Assembly: GCA_014859315.1 (NCBI GenBank) | Contig: JACUUK010000002.1 | Location: 1-54,740 of the forward strand | DNA from: Candidatus Aminicenantes bacterium | GTDB taxonomy: Bacteria; Acidobacteriota; Aminicenantia; Aminicenantales; Aminicenantaceae | Direction of reading: 5' to 3' | DNA: 54,740 nucleotides | Part shown: positions 47,586 to 54,740 of the stretch, piece by piece | Position numbering within the stretch: the first letter of the stretch is position 1 | Layout: every line of letters begins with the position of its first letter | Made by a program: the position numbers and the translations under genes | Notes under the pieces: generated by a model | Seen by the model: only the letters and a program-made list of their open reading frames with translations | Database searches by the model: none | What the model was told of the DNA's origin: nothing

Positions 47586-48692
47586 TCACCAGGCTCCCTT
47601 CGTTAACTCTTCCAAATCAGCTTCGGAAGGACAGTTAGGAATAACTGCAATCGTCTTACCCTTGAATTTGAATATCTGTTTATCGTCATCTGTAATTTCT
47701 CCGATCAACTCTGCCTTTACTCCTTTGGACCGGATAGCCGCTAATACTTCAGCAACATCTTTTTCTTCCACTTGGACTGCCATCCGCCCCTGGGTTTCAC
47801 AGATCATGATTTCTTCTGGTGTGAGATTCTCCACCTTGGTGGGAACGTTGGTCAAATCCACTGTTGCACCAAAGCCTCCGTATCTTGCTGACTCACAAAC
47901 AACTGCACCGATGCCGGCCGCTCCCAAATCAGAGCAGGCCTTAACCTTACCAGTCCGAAACGCAGCCAGGCTTGCTTCCATGATTTGCTTTTCCTCTTCA
48001 AACAGGGCTACGGCAGGTCTCATCTCCTGAACAAGTCCAGCCCTGTACAGAGTGTCGTTGCCATCATTCCCGGTTTCTCCTAAAAGGATGATTTTGTCTC
48101 CGGCTGATTTAGCTGGTTTTGTCAGCGGCTTTTCAGTTGTCAACTTACCTATTACAGAAATAACAACTGCTGGAACAATGTCTGAAAATGATGTTGAAAA
48201 ACCACCACCGATGATAAAAACGTCCATGACCCTGCATATGTCACTGAGGCCTTTGACCATCAAATCAACTCTTTCTTTACTTGTCATTTCGATGCATGTT
48301 CCGCAGGTGCATTTTCCATCAAATCCACAGGGACCGACAATCACCTTTTCATGTAAAGGTCGTGTTCCGATGAAATTCATGAGAAAAATTGGTCGTGCAC
48401 CCATAGCAACAACATCCCTCATCGCTCCACTGGCTCCAGTTGCGGCAGCATCATAAGGCCTCGGCACACAAGGAGAACAATGACTTTCCATTTTGCCAAC
48501 AAACGATCCTTCTGTCTCAGGAAAATTGAAGACAGCTGCATCATCTCCCGGGCCGACAACTAAAGCATTAGGAAAGCTCTTGCTGACCCGGCTGTTCAAT
48601 TCTTTGATTGCTTCAAAGTCAATCGCCTTATCGATGTTGTGATGCAGATGTAAAAATAATGCATGCATCAATGCCTTTTCAATCGAGTTCAT
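47586..48692 (-). CDS. PurM-superfamily (AIR synthase-related / PurL-like) ATP-binding protein with a Cys-rich insertion, function unknown
   Basis: 368 aa with a strong SD (AAGGAGGT) 7 nt before the ATG. GPGDDAAV and ESHCSPCVPRPYDAAATGASGAMRDVVAMGARP parallel the PurL/PurM N-domain motif (ETHNHPS..GAATG..RD..GA.P). There is an insert CGFDGKCTCGTC. It is distinct from the ThiL at 41935-42909. Confidence 0.7.
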   Translation of the reverse strand: MNSIEKALMHALFLHLHHNIDKAIDFEAIKELNSRVSKSFPNALVVGPGDDAAVFNFPETEGSFVGKMESHCSPCVPRPYDAAATGASGAMRDVVAMGARPIFLMNFIGTRPLHEKVIVGPCGFDGKCTCGTCIEMTSKERVDLMVKGLSDICRVMDVFIIGGGFSTSFSDIVPAVVISVIGKLTTEKPLTKPAKSAGDKIILLGETGNDGNDTLYRAGLVQEMRPAVALFEEEKQIMEASLAAFRTGKVKACSDLGAAGIGAVVCESARYGGFGATVDLTNVPTKVENLTPEEIMICETQGRMAVQVEEKDVAEVLAAIRSKGVKAELIGEITDDDKQIFKFKGKTIAVIPNCPSEADLEELTKGAW

Positions 48693-48810
48693 TGATTAAC
48701 CTCCTTAAGATTAAAATTTTTCAAAATTATATTTATTCTCACTATTTCCTTAGCTTGTCTAGTGTTGCATCTCGAGTATATATTGACATAATCTTTTGAT
48801 TTTAGCCAGA

Positions 48811-48845
48811 ATGGAATCGGTGTTCGAATCCCTGCTTCCCAGCCA
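48811..48845 (+). repeat. Partial duplicate of the 3' half of tRNA-Gln (att-like direct repeat)
   Basis: ATGGAATCGGTGTTCGAATCCCTGCTTCCCAGCCA matches 47303-47337 at 34 of 35 positions, in the same orientation. The one mismatch falls in the T stem. There is no 5' half, so it is not a functional tRNA. Confidence 0.85.
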
Positions 48846-48964
48846 CTCCTTCTGTTTAGTCCTACAAAAAACACAATGCTTTAAAACCATTAATTCTTTC
48901 ATAAATAAAAGCAGAATGATATAGTTGATTTTGGATTTCTACTGGTTTTTATAGTGAGGTGACA

Positions 48965-51550
48965 ATGCATAAAAGATTAATCATTAAAGTTTTACTGATT
49001 TCCCTTCTAAGCATCATTCCAATAATGGCTCAGGAGGGGCTTATTCAAGAATTTCCACTCATACACAACAATATAACAATTAACAGGCTCGCTAAACCAG
49101 GCACTCCTTTTGATAAGGTTGGCCGCAGCTTTGCTATCCTGGGTGATGAGTCGGGCTCATTCGAGGCATGGGCTTATCCTCTTAAACTATTCCGGAATTT
49201 CAGCTTTTCCTTTTTTGTTAAGGAATCTACACGGCCGATTCATGCGCGTGATATCGTCCGCTCTATTTCAGTTTCACCAGAAGCAACTATCCTTACATAT
49301 ACCTATCAATCCTTTACCGTTAAAGCAATCTATGTCACCTCAATGGACCAACCTGGTGCTGCGATCTTCTTAAAAGTTGACTCCAGTGTTCCTCTTACAA
49401 TTGTCTGTGGATTTCTGCCTGTTCTTCAACCGATGTGGCCTGCAGGAATTGGCGGCCAGTACGCCTATTGGAACAACAATCTAAAAGCATATATCCTGTC
49501 AGAGCCAACTGGAAAAAACCATGCAATTGTCGGCTCTCCTGCAGCTTCAGGCATTTCATATACACCTGCACATATGCTTTCTGACACCCCAAGCGAATTC
49601 AAAATAGAAATCCCTGACCCCAAAAAAACCCATAATAAATACATCCCAATCTACATCACAGGCGGCAAAGGCGACCGAAAAAGCAGCCAAAAGACATATG
49701 AATATTTCATAAATAATCCAGAAGATCTATACTTGAAGGCTCAAGAACATTACTGCAAGCTTCGAGAAAACACTCTAAGGATTAAAACCCCTGATAAGCG
49801 GCTGAACTTTGCTTTTGAATGGGCAAAAGTGGCTTTCGATAACCTCATCGTGGAAAATCCAGATTTAGGGAAAGGCCTGGTAGCAGGACTTGGTGCTTCA
49901 GGCACGAGTGGCCGCCCTGGATTCGGCTGGTTTTTTGGAGGCGACGCATACATAAACTCATTCAGCATTAACAGTTACGGAGATTTCAATAATGTTCGGG
50001 ACGCTTTAGCTTTCACGCAAAAATGGCAGCGCGCAGATGGAAAAATGGCACATGAATTATCCCAGGCGGCCGGATACATCAACTGGTGGAAGGACTATCC
50101 TTACGGCTATATTCATGGAGACACAACCCCATATTACATAGTTGCTGTATACGACTATGTAAAAATGAGCGGAGATACAGAATTTCTGAAATCGAGCTGG
50201 AGTTCTTTAAAGCGAGCATTTGAATGGTGTCTTTCCACAGATGTAAACCACGACGGGTTAATGGACAACAAAAAAGCTGGATTGGGAGCTCTGGAATATG
50301 GGTCATTAACAGGAATTGAGACAGATATTTATTTAGCTGCAATCTGGACACAAGCAGCACATTCAATGCAGCAGCTCTCAAAGATTATCGGCGACAGATC
50401 TTACGCTCAAAAAGCTGGCTCATATTTCCAAAAAGCCAAGGCGGCTTTTGATACTCTGTTCTGGGATGAAGAAACAAAATTTTACTCCTATGCATTTAAC
50501 GCTCAAAACACACATGTGAAAGACATCTCGCCATGGAATTCCCTTGGCCTTATGTGGGGGCTTGGAACATATGAACGCCGTCTTCATTCTCTGGAAAAAC
50601 TCCTTTCTTCGGACCTTAACACAGATTGGGGAATACGAAGTATTTCGGATAAAAGTTCTTTCTTCCAGCCCTTAAATTACAATTACGGAGCAGTCTGGCC
50701 ATTTCTGACAAGCTGGGTCACAACCGCACTGTACAAAAATCACATGCCCCTTCAAGGATTCAGTCTACTTTGCTCTACAGCTCAACACACTTTTAACCAC
50801 GGTCTCGGGACAATCACAGAAGTTTTTTCTGGAACACATCATATCTGGCCGCAAGAAGCCGTGGCACATCAAGGATTTTCTTCTGCAGGAGTAATCCTTC
50901 CTTTTGTGCGTGGACTCTTAGGCCTTGAAGGCGACGCATTAAATAATAAAGTCTTTTTCGCACCCCAATTCCCTCCCAACTGGGAACATGTGGATATAGG
51001 GCCATATAAAATCGGAAAAGCACGTTTCTTTTTCAAATATTGCCGCACAAAAGATGCTATAGACGTAAAGATTCGCACAGAAAACGCACACGGTTTTGTT
51101 CTTCACTTCTCCCCTGCTCTTGAAAGAGGAAGTGAAATTCTTAATATTAAAGTCAATGGCAGTTCATCAAACTTCACCATAAAAACCGAGGGACAGGTAA
51201 TATTTCCTTTAGTTGAAATCCCTGTTGATGACGCACCCCTGGAGGTTTCAATGAAATTTGTGCCGACCCTTGAAATCTGTCCTGTGATTCCAGAAACAAA
51301 TCCAGGAGAAAGGAACAAAGGCATAAAAATTATTTCCACACAAAGAGACGAATCTACTTTGAGAGTTAATATTGAAGGGCTTTCAGGAACCCAATATGCT
51401 TTGGGTGTCCGTAATATAGAGTTATTAGAAAGCATTGAAGGGGCAAAACTCGAAGGAGGGGAATTGAAATTTCAAATCCCTGGCCCTAAAACTGGAACAT
51501 TTATTTCACATACTATTGCTATCCAACTGAAGCAATCGAAAAAACAATGA
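48965..51550 (+). CDS. Secreted six-hairpin (alpha/alpha)6 glycoside hydrolase-like protein, GDE_C / GH15-like
   Basis: The track ORF starts at GTG 48959. The ATG at 48965 is preceded by GAGGTGA. It has a signal peptide. Blocks GFGWFFGGDAY, GDTTPYYI and YNYGAVWPFLTSW resemble the amylo-alpha-1,6-glucosidase/GDE_C catalytic barrel. Specificity is unknown. Confidence 0.55.
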   Translation: MHKRLIIKVLLISLLSIIPIMAQEGLIQEFPLIHNNITINRLAKPGTPFDKVGRSFAILGDESGSFEAWAYPLKLFRNFSFSFFVKESTRPIHARDIVRSISVSPEATILTYTYQSFTVKAIYVTSMDQPGAAIFLKVDSSVPLTIVCGFLPVLQPMWPAGIGGQYAYWNNNLKAYILSEPTGKNHAIVGSPAASGISYTPAHMLSDTPSEFKIEIPDPKKTHNKYIPIYITGGKGDRKSSQKTYEYFINNPEDLYLKAQEHYCKLRENTLRIKTPDKRLNFAFEWAKVAFDNLIVENPDLGKGLVAGLGASGTSGRPGFGWFFGGDAYINSFSINSYGDFNNVRDALAFTQKWQRADGKMAHELSQAAGYINWWKDYPYGYIHGDTTPYYIVAVYDYVKMSGDTEFLKSSWSSLKRAFEWCLSTDVNHDGLMDNKKAGLGALEYGSLTGIETDIYLAAIWTQAAHSMQQLSKIIGDRSYAQKAGSYFQKAKAAFDTLFWDEETKFYSYAFNAQNTHVKDISPWNSLGLMWGLGTYERRLHSLEKLLSSDLNTDWGIRSISDKSSFFQPLNYNYGAVWPFLTSWVTTALYKNHMPLQGFSLLCSTAQHTFNHGLGTITEVFSGTHHIWPQEAVAHQGFSSAGVILPFVRGLLGLEGDALNNKVFFAPQFPPNWEHVDIGPYKIGKARFFFKYCRTKDAIDVKIRTENAHGFVLHFSPALERGSEILNIKVNGSSSNFTIKTEGQVIFPLVEIPVDDAPLEVSMKFVPTLEICPVIPETNPGERNKGIKIISTQRDESTLRVNIEGLSGTQYALGVRNIELLESIEGAKLEGGELKFQIPGPKTGTFISHTIAIQLKQSKKQ

Positions 51551-51589
51551 GCTGTCAGGAGGGCGAGATTTTTATACGGCAGGACCTCT

Positions 51590-52156
51590 TTAACCAGGTC
51601 TTCTTTTCCTTAAAGGCAATGGGAATCTGTATTTTCTTCTAATTTCGTGATGCACTTCTGAAACATGAAGACGTTCGTATTCTTCCTTTTCTTTTGTTTC
51701 ATATCCAACAGCTGTAAAAAATATTGCACGGTCAAAAAAAGATGTCACCCGAGTATACATCTCTATCGCTTGATTAAGGTCCAATGCTGTATCCAGAAGG
51801 CCATCTGCAAGCACTTTTAACCACATCTGGCGTCTTGTCAAAATCAACGCTTGAATGACTTCAGAGAGGCGAAACCCTTCTTTATAGCGCTGTGCACCAA
51901 GGTTTGTATAATGTTTGGCAATCTCTTCTTTGGTTGTATCCCTTGATATCCAGCGTCCTAAATTGCAATAGACATTGAATGCACGGCTGTAAAGCTCATC
52001 CTCTTCAAAATCATGGTAAGTCGGAGTACCAGGATGTCTTTTTACTTCCCGAAGCCAACTCTTTGTAAGCTCATCTGCATTTTTTTCAATAAGGTCTACA
52101 AGTCTTTGAGAGACAGAGGTGGTGGACAGGAACTTTGATTTTGGGTTAAATTCCAT
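51590..52156 (-). CDS. Cytoplasmic helical protein of unknown function (possibly an RsbRD-N / globin-like sensor fold)
   Basis: 188 aa with a strong SD (GAGGAGGGG) and a sigma70-like promoter upstream. The resemblance to the RsbRD N-terminal domain (LTKSWLREV...) is from memory and weak. Confidence 0.45.
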   Translation of the reverse strand: MEFNPKSKFLSTTSVSQRLVDLIEKNADELTKSWLREVKRHPGTPTYHDFEEDELYSRAFNVYCNLGRWISRDTTKEEIAKHYTNLGAQRYKEGFRLSEVIQALILTRRQMWLKVLADGLLDTALDLNQAIEMYTRVTSFFDRAIFFTAVGYETKEKEEYERLHVSEVHHEIRRKYRFPLPLRKRRPG

Positions 52157-52188
52157 TTATCCCCTCCTCTTTTTTACCCCGCACTATT

Positions 52189-52217
52189 AATATAAGAAGG
52201 AGAATGTCATTTGTCAA
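52189..52217 (-). promoter_or_regulatory. Sigma70-like promoter for the 188-aa gene
   Basis: On the minus strand: TTGACA (52217-52212), a 17-nt spacer, then TATATT (52194-52189). It lies about 30 nt upstream of the ATG at 52156. Confidence 0.45.
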
Positions 52218-52272
52218 AAATAAGCTAATCTTTTATGGGGAAGGAATTGGATAATAAAGATTGTCTTTCTAT

Positions 52273-54498
52273 CTAAAAAAGCCAGGAAACTTTAAAGATA
52301 ATGCCTCGGCCTGGAGCGTCAACACCTTTTTCATCAGCAGACAACCGGTATGTTTGATTGAGTATGTTTTGTACGATGACAAGCAGCATTATATTGGAAT
52401 TTACTCTAAATCCAAGATTCGTATTGAACAATGAATATGCTTCTGTTTCTATTTCAAGGGGGCCGGGATCTTTTTTCGCCGACGTGAAAATCATTTTTGG
52501 CTCCATCCACAACTTGCCCTGAATAAATTTAGCCCCAAGAGTTACACGAGTTGGCGGGATATAGTTTAGAGAGACATTAGGACTTTGTTCTTCTCCAAGC
52601 ATGTGGTGAAAATTCATAAATATTTCACAATTTTTAATCCACCAAAAATAGAATTCCCCTTCGATTCCCATGATACGGCCTTTTAAGAGGTTTTTATAAT
52701 AATACTCATCCTCACCCTCTCCGCTGTACTTCTGTATCATATCCGTCACCACATTACGGAATACATAAATGGAGGCAAAGTAATTCCCATGAAGATAACG
52801 AAGACCAAAGTCAATATTCAGGCTTTGTTCTGGCTTAAGGTCAGGATTTCCAAAAACAATGCCGCGGCCTGTTAACCCTGTATAAAATAATTCGCTTATA
52901 GTAGGAAACCGGAAGGACCGGCCAATATTTGCCAGCAAAGAAAAGCGAGGTGTCACTTGAAATATTGAACCCACATAGGCCGTCAATGCCTGATCTTTTT
53001 TCGAAACTCTGGACTCATAGTCTGTTAGATTGCTGGCACTTATGTAATCAAAACGGACACCGGCATTCATGGTTAGGAGCGAAGAAATACGGATTTTATC
53101 ATCCACATACAGGCCAAAATTATTGCTTCTTGCGCTCTTAATCGATGTTGCTTCTGTTTTGCTTAGTACTTGGCCTAATTCATTAAATTTGGATTCTGTT
53201 TGCAGATCATTCACCCCATGCCGCCCAAAATAATCAAACCCAAAGTTTAAAGTATGGCCAATGGCCAATGTTTTTCCTCCGCGAATCTTGAAGCCGAAAT
53301 TTGTCCCATCAACTTTGGCCCATGTTCTTTTCTCAAGCCGTAAGGATTCGCTCAAATTTTCTTTCTGGGTTTCGAGCAGCGATGGAAAAACATAAAAATT
53401 TGCGCTCAATGAATCTAAATGGAACTTGTTTCGCATTTTATAGCCCATGGAAAATATTGTATTTCTTTCTATTGGATACCATTGAGGTTTGAATTTAGAG
53501 GAAGGGCTGGGCTTTCCGATATCCACGCCCTGATAGTTTAAAAATGTGACATATAAGTTAGAATTCTCCCATTCTCTATTCATCTTAAAGATAAGGTCAT
53601 AATCAGAGTAATGAGATTGTTCAATTATACCTTTGGGGGAAGAATAATCACTGGCCTTTTTCCCGCTTGCGCTTAATAAAAAGCCGTACTGCCCGAGTGA
53701 CCCGCTTAAATTTAAGGAAGCAGCCTTTTCTTCCCGGACAGTATTGTAACCAAGAAGCACGTTTCCCTGAAAAGGTTCATTGGCACTCGGTGATTTCGTA
53801 ATAATGTTAATAATCCCACCAACAGCGCCAGAACCATAAAATACCGAGTATGGACCCCGGTTCACTTCAATTCGGTCAATATCATTTATATTTATGAAAG
53901 AAGCGCTTGCTCCAATGCGCCTTTCGCTTGTAATCCTGATGCCATCGACAAGAAGCAGAATCCTGTGCTCTGCAAGGCCTCGAATCGCAGGGACCATGGA
54001 GTATCCTCCCTTCCCCGCCATTGTGACTCCCGGGGCTTTCTCTACTGTTTCTGCAATATTGGCTGTTCCTAATTCTGTTAATACACGAGAGGTAATGATA
54101 GTGCGATGCGAAGGAAGGCTTACATCTATTAAGGAATCCGCCTGTGCAGTAACTGTAATTTCTTCCCTGATTGTGAGAAGCTTTGGATTCTTTTCATACA
54201 AATCAACCTTGAGCCATTGCGTAGGTTTCTCGCTTACATTGACTTCAAGCATCCCTGGCATGTAATCAGGATGAGTAAATATAAGCTTGTATTTTCCAGA
54301 TGTTAAACTATCAAGAACAAAAGTCCCATCCGCAAGAGTAACTGTTTTTATTGAGGTATTATCTACTTCAACCCTGACACCTGCTAATGGCTTTCCTTCC
54401 TGATCTGACACCCTTCCTCTTAGGATTCCTTTCTCCATGCCATAAGATAATCCTGTGACAAGCAATGCAAAAAGAAAAATGGCTAAAAACTTCTTCAT
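52273..54498 (-). CDS. TonB-dependent outer-membrane receptor with an N-terminal carboxypeptidase-regulatory-like domain
   Basis: 741 aa with a signal peptide. A CarboxypepD_reg-like block (GRVSDQEGKPLAGVRVEV) is followed by plug blocks (VPAIRGL, LLVDGIRI) and a beta-barrel ending in an aromatic residue (VSWLF). Confidence 0.85.
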   Translation of the reverse strand: MKKFLAIFLFALLVTGLSYGMEKGILRGRVSDQEGKPLAGVRVEVDNTSIKTVTLADGTFVLDSLTSGKYKLIFTHPDYMPGMLEVNVSEKPTQWLKVDLYEKNPKLLTIREEITVTAQADSLIDVSLPSHRTIITSRVLTELGTANIAETVEKAPGVTMAGKGGYSMVPAIRGLAEHRILLLVDGIRITSERRIGASASFININDIDRIEVNRGPYSVFYGSGAVGGIINIITKSPSANEPFQGNVLLGYNTVREEKAASLNLSGSLGQYGFLLSASGKKASDYSSPKGIIEQSHYSDYDLIFKMNREWENSNLYVTFLNYQGVDIGKPSPSSKFKPQWYPIERNTIFSMGYKMRNKFHLDSLSANFYVFPSLLETQKENLSESLRLEKRTWAKVDGTNFGFKIRGGKTLAIGHTLNFGFDYFGRHGVNDLQTESKFNELGQVLSKTEATSIKSARSNNFGLYVDDKIRISSLLTMNAGVRFDYISASNLTDYESRVSKKDQALTAYVGSIFQVTPRFSLLANIGRSFRFPTISELFYTGLTGRGIVFGNPDLKPEQSLNIDFGLRYLHGNYFASIYVFRNVVTDMIQKYSGEGEDEYYYKNLLKGRIMGIEGEFYFWWIKNCEIFMNFHHMLGEEQSPNVSLNYIPPTRVTLGAKFIQGKLWMEPKMIFTSAKKDPGPLEIETEAYSLFNTNLGFRVNSNIMLLVIVQNILNQTYRLSADEKGVDAPGRGIIFKVSWLF

Positions 54499-54740
54499 TT
54501 TCTGTCATCCTGAGTATATAACAAATTGCTCGATAGGAAAGAGAACAGCGATTTTTCCGGCAATTATATACATCGTAAAACATTATATATTTCAGGCGGG
54601 TTGGAAATCAATTTCTTTAAAAATCAAGTAAGAATCTCTATTTCCATGATGAGGGAAACATCTGACCTAATTGAGAAGTGCGGCGACGGTTTCCCTTCCA
54701 TCCGAAGTCCATTGTAGAGGGTGGGAGGGTCTTGGCAAGG

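Noticed and set aside
47395-48030. 211-aa plus-strand ORF just downstream of tRNA-Gln, a possible islet gene
   Set aside because: It is largely antisense to the well-supported PurM-like CDS, which has a strong SD and family motifs. It has a low-complexity Ser/Ala-rich composition and no SD.
54499-54740. Cobalamin or TPP riboswitch, or a Fur box, in the TonB-dependent receptor leader
   Set aside because: I found no B12 box (AGYCMGGnGACCKGCC-like) and no GGUG..AA.UCC core. There are no TPP CUGAGA / ACCUGAUCUGGAUAAUGCC elements. The AT-rich near-palindrome at about 54560-54595 does not fit the Fur consensus. The structured region is kept only as an unassigned observation.

Overview
AT-rich chromosomal segment that looks like an anaerobic, diderm bacterium: FadL-type porin, TonB-dependent receptor, pyruvate:ferredoxin oxidoreductase and a glycyl-radical enzyme are all present. 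No finer taxonomy is possible from the sequence alone. Most of the window is densely packed housekeeping. This includes dnaX-ybaB-recR, smc, lon, nrdR, tmk, mrcA, htrA-dapF, thiL, hom/thrC, tadA, rocD, two M16 peptidases, pepP, and five tRNA genes (Ser-GGA, Ser-CGA, His-GTG, Thr-CGT, Gln-CTG). I found no CRISPR array, rRNA, transposase, integrase or recognisable defence system.

The signals not explained by ordinary annotation are:
1. A dispersed intergenic repeat family built on the Shine-Dalgarno-like 16-mer AGTAAGGAGTGAGGAG, present at three loci.
2. At one of those loci, a GC-rich composite inverted repeat made of two GAGATTGCC...CAATGA units, one bracketed by a 9-bp direct repeat, between convergent genes.
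3. A 35-nt duplicate of the tRNA-Gln 3' half, which brackets a 1.5-kb single-gene islet encoding a PurM/PurL-like protein with a Cys-rich insert.
4. A glycyl-radical enzyme (hydroxyproline-dehydratase-like from memory) with its activase, sitting between PFOR and an Xaa-Pro aminopeptidase.
5. A pore-loop channel whose selectivity filter reads TVGFKE.
6. Two paralogous secreted Trp/Tyr-rich proteins with extreme low-complexity tails.
7. Smaller oddities: a dnaX slippery heptamer, a gene remnant with an in-frame TGA, and stacked micro-duplications in the lon-thiL spacer.

All calls come from reading motifs by eye. No database search was possible.
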